A stretch of 64,000 bases of DNA. It comes from Actinomycetes bacterium. Lineage in GTDB: Bacteria; Actinomycetota; Actinomycetes; S36-B12. The DNA is taken from positions 2,100,911 to 2,164,910 of the forward strand of contig OZ257127.1 in assembly GCA_965278965.1 (NCBI GenBank), written 5' to 3'. The notes beneath the pieces were generated by a model that worked only from the letters and a program-made list of their open reading frames with translations, was not told the DNA's origin and did no database searches. Both the position numbers and the translations under genes were made by a program. Positions 49,655 through 58,104 of this stretch are shown here, piece by piece. The stretch's first letter is position 1, and each line of letters begins with the position of its first letter.

Positions 49655-50263
49655 GTGTTCGGAAGCCAGTGGGACAAGGCCGAGGCGACGATCATCGCCC
49701 GGGACGCGAAGTTCTCCGGCGACGGGTCCGTCTCGACGTACACCTACATCGCCGACGTCCGGCTGGAGAGCGGTGAGGTGTTCCGCGCCACCATCCTCGA
49801 GCCCACGATCGCGACCGACTTCTGGGCACCGAACGTGCGCGACACGGTGTCCGTTCTCGTCAAGGCAAAGGACCGCAAGGTCAAGTTCGACAAGGACGAC
49901 GAGCGGCTGAGCGTCAAGGCGTATGAGGCGGCGCAGAAGAAGAAGTTCGAGGACCTGAAGAACCAGCCGCCCGGCGCGACCCCCGCGGCCGCGACGGCGT
50001 CCGGCGCGATCCCCGATGCACTCGCGGCCCAGCTGGCCCAGCTCGGCATCGTCGCGGGTTCGCAGGCCCAGGTGTTCAGTGCGAACTCGCCCGAGGCGCA
50101 GGCAGCGATGGCGGCCTTCACGCAGCAGGCCCAGGCGCAGGCGCCTGCTGCCGCGCAGTCGCCGGAGGACCGGCTCGCGAAGCTCACGTCCCTGCACGAG
50201 CGCGGGTTGCTGTCCGCGGACGAGTACGCGCAGCAGCGTCAGCGCATCCTCGACGAGCTCTGA
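49655..50263 (+). CDS. hypothetical protein with C-terminal SHOCT-like motif
   Basis: ORF track 202 aa. The GTG follows CAGGAGCG. An N-terminal approx. 100-aa beta-rich domain, a Gln/Ala-rich low-complexity linker, and a C-terminal RLAKLTSLHERGLLSADEYAQQRQRILDEL (SHOCT-type short oligomerisation motif). Confidence 0.6.
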   Translation: MFGSQWDKAEATIIARDAKFSGDGSVSTYTYIADVRLESGEVFRATILEPTIATDFWAPNVRDTVSVLVKAKDRKVKFDKDDERLSVKAYEAAQKKKFEDLKNQPPGATPAAATASGAIPDALAAQLAQLGIVAGSQAQVFSANSPEAQAAMAAFTQQAQAQAPAAAQSPEDRLAKLTSLHERGLLSADEYAQQRQRILDEL

Positions 50264-50322
50264 CGCGCCGCGAGCTCGGCTGCCCTTCCTGCTAGCGGTC
50301 GCCGCTGCCGTCATGGGTCCGT

Positions 50323-50901
50323 TCACGCAGTGGCCTCGGCCCTGAGCAGCGGCGAGAGCATCTCCTGCAGCGCGGTCCTCGTCTGGTCGGCGCTCAAGGC
50401 GCAGTCGATCCGGAGGATGTGCCACGTCCGGGCGTCGCAGGTCGCCACGACCTGCGCGAGCCGGCGTTCGGTCCGTGCGCGATCGGAATCGTTCGGAATG
50501 CTGCGCGCAAACGCGTGCCGGCACCACTCGACGTGGTACTGCCGGCCCTGCGCGGCGATCTCCGGCAGCCCGTCCACCAGACCGGCCTCCGCGTACATCT
50601 TGATGATCAAGGATCCGTACGCCTCGTAGTGGTCGGCAAGCGCAGCGACCGTCTCGACCGGGGTCGCATTCGCTATCGCGTCGCGTGCCGCGACGATCCG
50701 GCCGAGCTCCCGCGCTACGACGGCGCACATCAACGCGGGCTTGCTCCCGAACCGTCGCATGACGGTCTGGACCGTCACGCCAGCATCCGCCGCTACGTCC
50801 TCGAGGCGGATCCGGTCGTAGGGGAGTGCGGCGAACCGCTCCAGCATCGCGTCGAGGATGCGTTCGCCCGTGCGCGCTGCCGCGTCGGCGCGACCGGCCA
50901 T
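50323..50901 (-). CDS. TetR/AcrR-family transcriptional regulator
   Basis: 3' part of ORF 50323..51033. Start placed at ATG 50901 (MAGRADAAARTGERILDA), with an alternative ATG at 50922. HTH IRLEDVAADAGVTVQTVMRRFGSK. Confidence 0.8.
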   Translation of the reverse strand: MAGRADAAARTGERILDAMLERFAALPYDRIRLEDVAADAGVTVQTVMRRFGSKPALMCAVVARELGRIVAARDAIANATPVETVAALADHYEAYGSLIIKMYAEAGLVDGLPEIAAQGRQYHVEWCRHAFARSIPNDSDRARTERRLAQVVATCDARTWHILRIDCALSADQTRTALQEMLSPLLRAEATA

Positions 50902-50917
50902 GTTGTACGGACGAGTA

Positions 50918-50942
50918 TTCATGTGATAGAGATTAACATGAA
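50918..50942. promoter_or_regulatory. candidate TetR operator: perfect 7-bp inverted repeat in an AT-rich divergent promoter region
   Basis: TTCATGT-N11-ACATGAA (50918-50924 / 50936-50942). It sits in the most AT-rich stretch I noticed in the window, between the divergent TetR and hydrolase genes. Confidence 0.4.
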
Positions 50943-50970
50943 AGTTCGAGCCGATGGAATGGAACCCGAT

Positions 50971-51831
50971 ATGAGCATCGAGACCCCCACCGAACGCGTC
51001 GAGCGGGTTCGGACCCGCCTCGGCGACCTGCATGTCCGAATCGTCGGCACGGGACGGACCACCGTGCTGTGGTCATCCATGTTCGTCGACAGCCACACGT
51101 GGGACGCGCTCATCCCGCATCTCGGGGCCGGACGCCGGTTCGTCCTGGTGGACGGGCCAGGACTCGGCCTCAGCGACCCGCTGCTCAGGCGCAGCAGCAT
51201 CGCGGAGGCGGCGGATGCCGCCGGCGACCTCCTCACCGGTCTTGGCGTCGACGGCCCGGTCGACTGGGTGGGAAACGCTTTCGGCGGCCACGTGGGCTAC
51301 CTGCTCGCTGCACGTGCCGGCGCTCTGCGGTCCCTGGTCACGATCAGCGCTCCGGTCGACCCCGTCAGCGCCGCGCTCCGAGCCCAGATCTGCGCCCTGC
51401 TGCCGCTCCTGCGGCTCGCGGGGCCGGTCGGCCCGGTCAGGAACGCCGTGGTCAGCGCGATGCTCACCGACGCGTCGGCGAACGATGACGGCATCCGACG
51501 CGTGGTCGTAGAGAGCCTCGGCCGGCCAAGCCGTCGAAGCCTCACGAATGCGGTCCGCTCGTTCATCCTCGGCCGCACCGACCTCACCGACGACCTGCCC
51601 GCGATCGAGGTGCCATGCCTCTACGTCGCATCCGACGACCGGGGCGACTGGAGCCCGGAGGCCGCCGTCGTGGCCGCCGGCCTGACCCCCGAGGCCCAGG
51701 TGGTCACGATCGCGAATGCACGGACGCTGATCCCTCTCGAGCAGCCTGCAGACCTCGCCGTGCACCTCGTGCGGTTCTGGAGCGCGCTCGACCAGGGACC
51801 GGTGCCCCGCACGGCACCGGTCCCTGGTTGA
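50971..51831 (+). CDS. alpha/beta-hydrolase-fold protein with atypical nucleophile elbow
   Basis: 3' part of ORF 50419..51831. ATG 50971 (MSIETPTERV), with alternatives at 50938 and 50959. Fold blocks LWSSMFVDSHTWD and VDWVGNAFGGHVG (Ala where Ser is expected in GxSxG). Confidence 0.72.
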   Translation: MSIETPTERVERVRTRLGDLHVRIVGTGRTTVLWSSMFVDSHTWDALIPHLGAGRRFVLVDGPGLGLSDPLLRRSSIAEAADAAGDLLTGLGVDGPVDWVGNAFGGHVGYLLAARAGALRSLVTISAPVDPVSAALRAQICALLPLLRLAGPVGPVRNAVVSAMLTDASANDDGIRRVVVESLGRPSRRSLTNAVRSFILGRTDLTDDLPAIEVPCLYVASDDRGDWSPEAAVVAAGLTPEAQVVTIANARTLIPLEQPADLAVHLVRFWSALDQGPVPRTAPVPG

Positions 51832-51836
51832 CGTCG

Positions 51837-53054
51837 TCAGCTGAGCACGTCCCGCACGGCGGCGTAGATCGCCGGTGCCGGGTTCGGCCCTGGCTGGCCG
51901 TTGGTGCCGGGCAGCGGGATGTCGCTGTTGGTCAGCACGATGATCGTGGTGTCGGTGTCGTAGTTGTGCTGCAGGCTCGAGGTGAACCCGGGGATCTGAC
52001 CGTCATGGCCCCACCAGCCGTTGTTGTCGCCGATCCCGATGCCATACCCGCTCGTCGCCGTCAGCGGCGGGATCCCGTACTGGATCGAGTCGCGCCGAAG
52101 CTGCTGTGTCGTCGCATCCAGGACGCCCGCACCGGTGAACAGCGCGTCGGCCCACTTCGCGAGGTCGTTCGGCGTCGACACGACGGCGCCAGCGGACCAC
52201 GCCTCCGACGGGTTCCAGCTCGTCGAGTCCCCTGTCTGGCCGTCGGGCTGGCCCTGCTCGGTCACGCCGTCGAGGTGCGGCTCGGCCATCGTGTCGTCCG
52301 CGGGCTCAGGGAATGTCGTGTCGGCCATTCCGAGCGGGCCGAAGAGCCTGTCCTGGAAGACCTGCGGGAGCTGCTCGCCGGTGACCTTCTCGATCAGCAT
52401 CCCGAGAAGGATGTAGTTGGTGTTGGAGTACTGCCAGCCCGATCCGGGCGGGCTGAACTTCGCGGGGATCTTCGTGGCGTACTCGACGAGCTCGGCCGGG
52501 GTCCAGGCTTTCGTCGGGTCGGCGAACAGGTCCGACTGGAATGTCTCGTCGAGCGAGTACGGCTGGATGCCAGACGTCATGTGAAGGAGGTCGAGCACGG
52601 TCACGTCGTCGATGTTCGGCAGGCCGGCCAGCACCGACGGGTCGAGGTAGGTGGAGATGGGGTCCTCCAGCGACACCTTCCCCTCTTGGACGAGCTGCAG
52701 GACGATCGTCGCCGTCATCGTCTTCGTCAGGCTGCCGATGCGGGTCCGGTCATTCGCGGTCGGCGCCGCGGCATCGTCGTTCCCGACGGTCCCGGACGTG
52801 AGCGTCCACGAACCCTTGGGAGAGCGCACGAGCACGACGGCCCCGGGGACGTTCCCCTGGGAGCGGGTCGTGTCGATCGCGCTCTGGAGCTCCCGCGCGA
52901 GGGCGGAGTCGCCTGTATTCGCAGCGGAAGCGGTCGTCGTCGATGCGGTGGGTGAGGGGGACGCAGAGTCGGCGCCGCTGAGCGAGGCCGTGCAGCCCGT
53001 GGTCGCAAGCAGGGCGACGCTGAGGGCGGCGGCGATGGTGAGGTGACGTCTCAT
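51837..53054 (-). CDS. serine hydrolase of the beta-lactamase/D-alanyl-D-alanine carboxypeptidase (class C-like) family, lipoprotein
   Basis: ORF track 405 aa. Lipobox LLATTGC, SxxK motif IGSLTKTMT, and a Ser/Thr/Ala-rich linker after the signal. Confidence 0.85.
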   Translation of the reverse strand: MRRHLTIAAALSVALLATTGCTASLSGADSASPSPTASTTTASAANTGDSALARELQSAIDTTRSQGNVPGAVVLVRSPKGSWTLTSGTVGNDDAAAPTANDRTRIGSLTKTMTATIVLQLVQEGKVSLEDPISTYLDPSVLAGLPNIDDVTVLDLLHMTSGIQPYSLDETFQSDLFADPTKAWTPAELVEYATKIPAKFSPPGSGWQYSNTNYILLGMLIEKVTGEQLPQVFQDRLFGPLGMADTTFPEPADDTMAEPHLDGVTEQGQPDGQTGDSTSWNPSEAWSAGAVVSTPNDLAKWADALFTGAGVLDATTQQLRRDSIQYGIPPLTATSGYGIGIGDNNGWWGHDGQIPGFTSSLQHNYDTDTTIIVLTNSDIPLPGTNGQPGPNPAPAIYAAVRDVLS

Positions 53055-53215
53055 GTCAGGTCCATTCGTGGGAGGTGGTGTTGGGCGAAAAGGGGGCGTG
53101 CGTCATCGCCACGCGGCGACAAGGTCGCGCGTGACGAACCGGTGGGTGCCGGCTGGCGGGAGGTGCTGGGTGTAGGCGCGTGGTCGACGGCTACGCCGCG
53201 GCCGCGCTCAGGAGG

Positions 53216-53704
53216 TCAGGTGCGGGCTTCTCGTTCGACGATCTCGGCGACGCGGTCCATTGACGCGACCATGCTGGCTCGAAGCTCGGAGCGTCGGTCC
53301 TTCAGGCCGTACAGCGTGTCGATGATGAACCAGCCCATCCACCGGATCGGCTTGGTCACCTCGTAGCTCTCGTACATGCGGGTCCCGCTGCCTTCGGGGA
53401 CGAAGCGGTGGCGCCACAGGATGGTTCCGGCGAAGGGCTCGGTCCGGGTGAACGAGAACTCCTTCCCACGGTCGGCCACCGTCACGATCGGCTTGTTGCT
53501 CCAGTCCGGGCCTCGGCCGGCGTGGTTCGTCGACTTGAACCTGGCGCCTACGGCCGGCCCGGTTGCGCCGTCCAGCCACTCGCACCGGACCACGTCGGGG
53601 GTTCGCTCCGGTGTACGGGTCACGTCGGCGACCAGGTCGTAGACCGCTTCCGGGGCGGCGTCGATGTAGCGGTCGACGGTCTCGCTGGTGAGGTGCTGTG
53701 CCAC
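53216..53704 (-). CDS. SRPBCC-family (polyketide cyclase/dehydrase-like) protein
   Basis: ORF track 162 aa. The family-typical N-terminus IDAAPEAVYDLVADVTRTPE. Confidence 0.78.
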   Translation of the reverse strand: MAQHLTSETVDRYIDAAPEAVYDLVADVTRTPERTPDVVRCEWLDGATGPAVGARFKSTNHAGRGPDWSNKPIVTVADRGKEFSFTRTEPFAGTILWRHRFVPEGSGTRMYESYEVTKPIRWMGWFIIDTLYGLKDRRSELRASMVASMDRVAEIVEREART

Positions 53705-53705
53705 G

Positions 53706-54455
53706 TCAGCTCACTCCCGCGGGCGTCGCGTCGCAGCGGGCCAGGAAGCGGGCCTCGTACGCGTCGGCCAGGTCGATCAGAGCCTGCTGGCAGTCTCCCG
53801 CGTAGGCCGGCCCGTGCATGAGTGCGAGCGTACGAGGTGCCAGCTTGGCGAGCGCTCGCATCGTCGGCGCCGTGTCCGCCGTGAGCGCCGTCGCGCCGAA
53901 GAGAGCCTCGGCGTCCAGGGCTGGCTGGATCAGGTCGGCATCGTGCACGAGCGCGGGCGCCTCGCCGACCCGGGTGAACAGGTCGCCGCAGAAGAGTGTG
54001 CGGGTCGTCTCATCGAAGATCACCTGAGCCTCCCATCCGTGCGGGACGTGAGGCGTCGTGATCGTCCGAATCAGATGCCCACCGTTGTCCAGAGGCTCTG
54101 CGGGGTCGACGATCTGCGGCGCACGGTCGCACAGGTCGTTGAGCGACACCATGCAGCCGAGCCCGTTGAACAGGACCGTGCTGGCGGGGGCCGCGCCGAG
54201 CCAGTCGTTCATGGCACCGCACTCGTCGGACTCGATGTGGCCGAAGCTGATCCAGCGCAGCCGGCCGACGTCGATCACCTTGGCGACGGCGTCCTGGACC
54301 AGGGGGAAGAGCTGGCGAGCGCCTGTGTGGAACAGGAGCGGCTCGTCGCCCGTCAACAGGTACTGGTTGAAGGTGAGGCCGCCGGGGGCGGCCTGCGGGA
54401 CGAGCGTCGACAGCCGGTAGACGCCGTCGGCGATCTCATGGATGTTGGTCTGCAT
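53706..54455 (-). CDS. metallo-beta-lactamase-fold protein with flavodiiron/ODP-like metal motif
   Basis: 3' part of ORF 53706..54488. ATG 54455 (MQTNIHEIADGVYRL). The MBL motif-2 position reads GHIESDECG (H-x-E-x-D-E) rather than HxHxDH. Later His in TPHVPHG. Confidence 0.72.
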   Translation of the reverse strand: MQTNIHEIADGVYRLSTLVPQAAPGGLTFNQYLLTGDEPLLFHTGARQLFPLVQDAVAKVIDVGRLRWISFGHIESDECGAMNDWLGAAPASTVLFNGLGCMVSLNDLCDRAPQIVDPAEPLDNGGHLIRTITTPHVPHGWEAQVIFDETTRTLFCGDLFTRVGEAPALVHDADLIQPALDAEALFGATALTADTAPTMRALAKLAPRTLALMHGPAYAGDCQQALIDLADAYEARFLARCDATPAGVS

Positions 54456-54508
54456 ATGACGAGGATCGGTGCCCCGGCGCCGCCGCACATCGGGGGTGCA
54501 TCCCCCAG

Positions 54509-57412
54509 TTAGGCGAGGTGGGCGACCCCCATCTCGGCGAGCTCACGTCGGTTGCGCACGCCGAAGCGGCCGAACAGGCTCGTCAGGTGTCGTTCGACCG
54601 TCTTCGGTGACAGGAACAGGTCGGCCGCGATCTGCTTCGTCGAGCGGCCGGCGATCACCAGCTTCAGGACGTCCACCTCCCGGCTCGTCACTCCGAGCGC
54701 ACGCAGCGACGACGGCACGTCGGAGTCGCCGCGTCCGCGACGGGGCACGGGGACTCCCGCATCACCCAGGAGCAGGCGAGCACGACGAACCAGGCGGTCG
54801 AGGTGCCGCTCGGCGAACCATGCCTCGCAGTCGCGTAGCCATCGGACCGGATCGCCCCACCCGTCTCGGATCGCGGCGCGCGCCACGAGCAGGACATGGG
54901 TGCGGGTCATCCCGGAGGCGATCGGGTTCTTCAGGAGGGGGTCGTAGACCTGGTCGAACTGCTCGGTCGCTCGTCGACCATCGCCGCTCCGCCCGGCTGC
55001 GACCGCCTCGACCACCTGCCCGAACTGGGCGAAGAGCGGGATCTGCATGCGATCGGCTGCTGCGTGGTACTCGGTACGGACGTCGACGCCGTGGTCATCG
55101 TCGTCGATCGTGTGTAGGAGGGCCCAGGCGACGCGGCCCGGGTAGACCGACGTGGTCGGCGGCGCCCGGCGAACCCACTCGATCATCTCGTCGAGGATCG
55201 CGGGGAGGCTGTCGAGCTCGTCTCGGACGAACGCACGGGTGGCGAGGACTCGTCCGAGCCGGTCCGCGTGGATGCGCGGGTCGTCCGGGTCCCGAGCGAG
55301 CGCGCCGTCGATGGCGCGTGCCATGGCGTCATCGTCGCCGCCGATCGCATGGGCGCCGGCGAGCCAGAGGTGGGCGAGGGGCCCGGATGCCAGGCCGTAG
55401 CGGTGGCTCTCGTCGATGCATGCCGTCGACGCGCGACGGCATTCCTCCGCGTCGTAGTTCGACAGCGCTAGGTCCGCGATCGCCAGGTCCATCGCCGCCA
55501 CCGTGAGATGGGCGCCGTAGCGAGCGGCCAGGTCCCGCGTCGACCGGAGGCCGATGGCGTGCGCCGTTGGCAGTGAGCCCAGCGCGAGCTCCTGCTGGGC
55601 GCGCAGGTGCCACCGGGCCAGGCCGGCGCGCTCCGCCACCTCCGAGGCCTCCTGGAAGGACCCCAGCGCCTGCAGGTAGCCGTTGGGGTACAGGACGCGG
55701 CCGAGCACGATGAGCGCCTCGCACAGGACCTCGGTCTGGTCCGTGGCCCGGGCGCCGGCGATAGCGGACCGGCACAGTCGCTCGGCCTCCTCCAGCCGGG
55801 CGACGTCGAGGGCGACCTGGGCCGCGACGACGTCGATGCGCGCCGCCAGCCCGGCTTCGGGACCCGGCCCGGCGACGACGCGTGCGCGGTCGACCGCCGC
55901 GCCTGCACGGTCGTCCTCGCCCGCCGTAACGGCTGCTCGAGCGAGGTGGACCAGTAGGTCCGCGTGGCGCGACACGGGCACGTCCGTGGTGGACATGGCC
56001 GTCTCGACCGTGATGCCCAGGGCGCGCGCGTCGGCGATCTTCCCGGCGGCAGCGAATACGTGGACCAGTAGCTCGTCGGCGTCGAGTGCTTCGTCCGAGT
56101 CTGGCGCTGCCAGGAGGCGCGCGCGTCGGACGGTCTGCTCCGCGGTTGCCAGGGCACCGGCGGCCAGCGCGCGCCGGGCGCTCTCGACCAGGCGGCTCGA
56201 TGCGGCAGCCGTGCTCCCCGACGCCTCGGCGAGATCGGCGGACAGCTGGCACACCGGGCCGGGAAGACCCGGGTGAGCCAGCTCGACAGCGGGCCATGCT
56301 CGTGCGGCCAGGGTCCGCCGCTCGGGCGGCAGGAGGTCGGCGAGGACGGCCTCGCGTGTGAGCGCGTGACGGAACCGGAAGCCGTCACCGTCGGTCTCGA
56401 CCAGCTGCTCGGCGACCGCCGCGCGCATGGCATCGACCACAGTTCGCCCGTCGACGTCGGCGATGCCGGGCAGCAGCTCCCAGTCGAACTGGCGGCCGAG
56501 GAGGGCCGCAGCGCCGAGCACCTGACGCGCCGTGGGGTCGAGGGTGTCGAGCCGGCGCCGGATCGAGTCGCGCAGGCTGGCCGGCACGGCGGGGTTGAGC
56601 GGTCCGGCGATCTCCCACCGTTTGTCCGTGCGTACGAGGGTTCCGGCGGCGACGAGGCCGGCCAGCAGCTCCTCGACGGTGAACGGGTTTCCGTCGCTGT
56701 GCTGGAGCACGAACTCGCTCAGACCGGCGGGGCGGCCAGTCGTCGCGAGGCAGGCGGCGATCATCTCGTCGACGGTGGCGTCGTTCAAGGCCTCCACCGC
56801 CACGACAGCGCCGGGATCGCGCTGGACGAGCCGCTCGAGCAGTCCGCCGCTCGCGCCACCGGGTCGGGCGGTCGCCAGGCACAGGATCGGCTCGTCGCGC
56901 AGGGCGTCGGCGAGGTACTCGACGACGGCCAGAGTCTCCGGATCGGCCCAATGGAGGTCTTCGAGGACGAGTACGCACGGGCGGCCGGCGGCGAGCACGA
57001 TGAGCAGGCGCACGATTGCCTCGCCGAGAAGCACCGGCGAGTCGTCGAGCGGAGCGGCGGAGGTCCACCCCGGCATCAGGCGCGCCAGCTGGCCCTCGAA
57101 GCCGGCCAGTGAGGGGTCGCTCGGCAGCGGCCGGCCGCGCAAGGCGGCGAGAAATGCCTCTGTCAAGGGCCGGAACGGCACGGGGCTGTCGCCCGGCACG
57201 GCCCGGCCCGACAGAACAGGCACATCCGCGTCGGCTGTCGCCTCTCGAGCAAGTCGGGACTTCCCGGTGCCCGCGTCACCGCGCAGGATCACGACACCGC
57301 CATGTCCGTCGGCCAGGCCGGCGACTCGTGCTCGCAGCTCCGCCAGCTCGCGGTCACGCCCCATGATGTCCGGACACAGCACGGGGCGATCGTAGGAGGC
57401 TGGCCGGGGCAC
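54509..57412 (-). CDS. LAL-type (large ATP-binding LuxR family, MalT-like) transcriptional regulator
   Basis: ORF track 967 aa. N-terminal P-loop GDAGTGKSRL with Walker B VLVLEDLHWAD, a long helical-repeat middle, and a C-terminal LuxR HTH TSREVDVLKLVIAGRSTKQIAADLFLSPKTVERHLTSLFGRFG. Confidence 0.85.
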   Translation of the reverse strand: MPRPASYDRPVLCPDIMGRDRELAELRARVAGLADGHGGVVILRGDAGTGKSRLAREATADADVPVLSGRAVPGDSPVPFRPLTEAFLAALRGRPLPSDPSLAGFEGQLARLMPGWTSAAPLDDSPVLLGEAIVRLLIVLAAGRPCVLVLEDLHWADPETLAVVEYLADALRDEPILCLATARPGGASGGLLERLVQRDPGAVVAVEALNDATVDEMIAACLATTGRPAGLSEFVLQHSDGNPFTVEELLAGLVAAGTLVRTDKRWEIAGPLNPAVPASLRDSIRRRLDTLDPTARQVLGAAALLGRQFDWELLPGIADVDGRTVVDAMRAAVAEQLVETDGDGFRFRHALTREAVLADLLPPERRTLAARAWPAVELAHPGLPGPVCQLSADLAEASGSTAAASSRLVESARRALAAGALATAEQTVRRARLLAAPDSDEALDADELLVHVFAAAGKIADARALGITVETAMSTTDVPVSRHADLLVHLARAAVTAGEDDRAGAAVDRARVVAGPGPEAGLAARIDVVAAQVALDVARLEEAERLCRSAIAGARATDQTEVLCEALIVLGRVLYPNGYLQALGSFQEASEVAERAGLARWHLRAQQELALGSLPTAHAIGLRSTRDLAARYGAHLTVAAMDLAIADLALSNYDAEECRRASTACIDESHRYGLASGPLAHLWLAGAHAIGGDDDAMARAIDGALARDPDDPRIHADRLGRVLATRAFVRDELDSLPAILDEMIEWVRRAPPTTSVYPGRVAWALLHTIDDDDHGVDVRTEYHAAADRMQIPLFAQFGQVVEAVAAGRSGDGRRATEQFDQVYDPLLKNPIASGMTRTHVLLVARAAIRDGWGDPVRWLRDCEAWFAERHLDRLVRRARLLLGDAGVPVPRRGRGDSDVPSSLRALGVTSREVDVLKLVIAGRSTKQIAADLFLSPKTVERHLTSLFGRFGVRNRRELAEMGVAHLA

Positions 57413-57432
57413 GGCGTCCCACGGCGTCGTGG

Positions 57433-58104
57433 CTACCCGCGAAGTCGGTAGCCCATGCCTCGGACCGTCTCGATGAGGTCATCGCCGAGCTTGCGGCGCA
57501 GGTTGCGGACGTAGACCTCGACCACGTTGCTCCCTGGGTCGTAGTCGTAGCCCCAGACGCCACTGAGGATCTGCTCCCGGGCGAGCACCTGACCGGCATG
57601 GGAGACGAACATCTCCAGCAGTGAGAACTCTCGGGCGGAGAGCTCGACCGTGCGCCCAGCCCGAGTCGCGGAGCGAGCCCGGATGTCAACGCTGACGTCG
57701 CCCGCCGTCAGCGTCGTCGCAGCCCCGGGCTCGGACGCGGTCGATCGCTGCCGAAGACGGAGCCGGATGCGCGCGAGGAGCTCGTCGAGGGAGAAGGGCT
57801 TGGCCATGTAGTCATCAGCACCGCCCTCGAGACCGGCCACCGTGTCGGCGACGGAGTCGCGGGCGGTCAGCACGATGACGGGCAGGTCGCTGCCGCCGCC
57901 GCGCAGGCGGCGCAGTACCTCGAAGCCGTCGATGCCCACGAGCCCGACGTCGAGGACCAACAGGTCGTAGTCCCCGAACAGGGCCCACTGCAGCGCCTCG
58001 GTGCCGTCGGCTGTGGTCGAGACCGTGAACTCGTGGGCCTGCAGCCCTCGGGTGATGAACGAAGCGATCCGGGGTTCGTCCTCGGCCAGCAGGATGCGGG
58101 CCAT
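57433..58104 (-). CDS. OmpR/PhoB-family response regulator
   Basis: ORF track 223 aa. Receiver RILLAEDEPRI..YDLLVLDVGLVGIDG and a winged-helix C-terminus (LSAREFSLLEMF, VEVYVRNLRRKLG). Confidence 0.9.
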   Translation of the reverse strand: MARILLAEDEPRIASFITRGLQAHEFTVSTTADGTEALQWALFGDYDLLVLDVGLVGIDGFEVLRRLRGGGSDLPVIVLTARDSVADTVAGLEGGADDYMAKPFSLDELLARIRLRLRQRSTASEPGAATTLTAGDVSVDIRARSATRAGRTVELSAREFSLLEMFVSHAGQVLAREQILSGVWGYDYDPGSNVVEVYVRNLRRKLGDDLIETVRGMGYRLRG

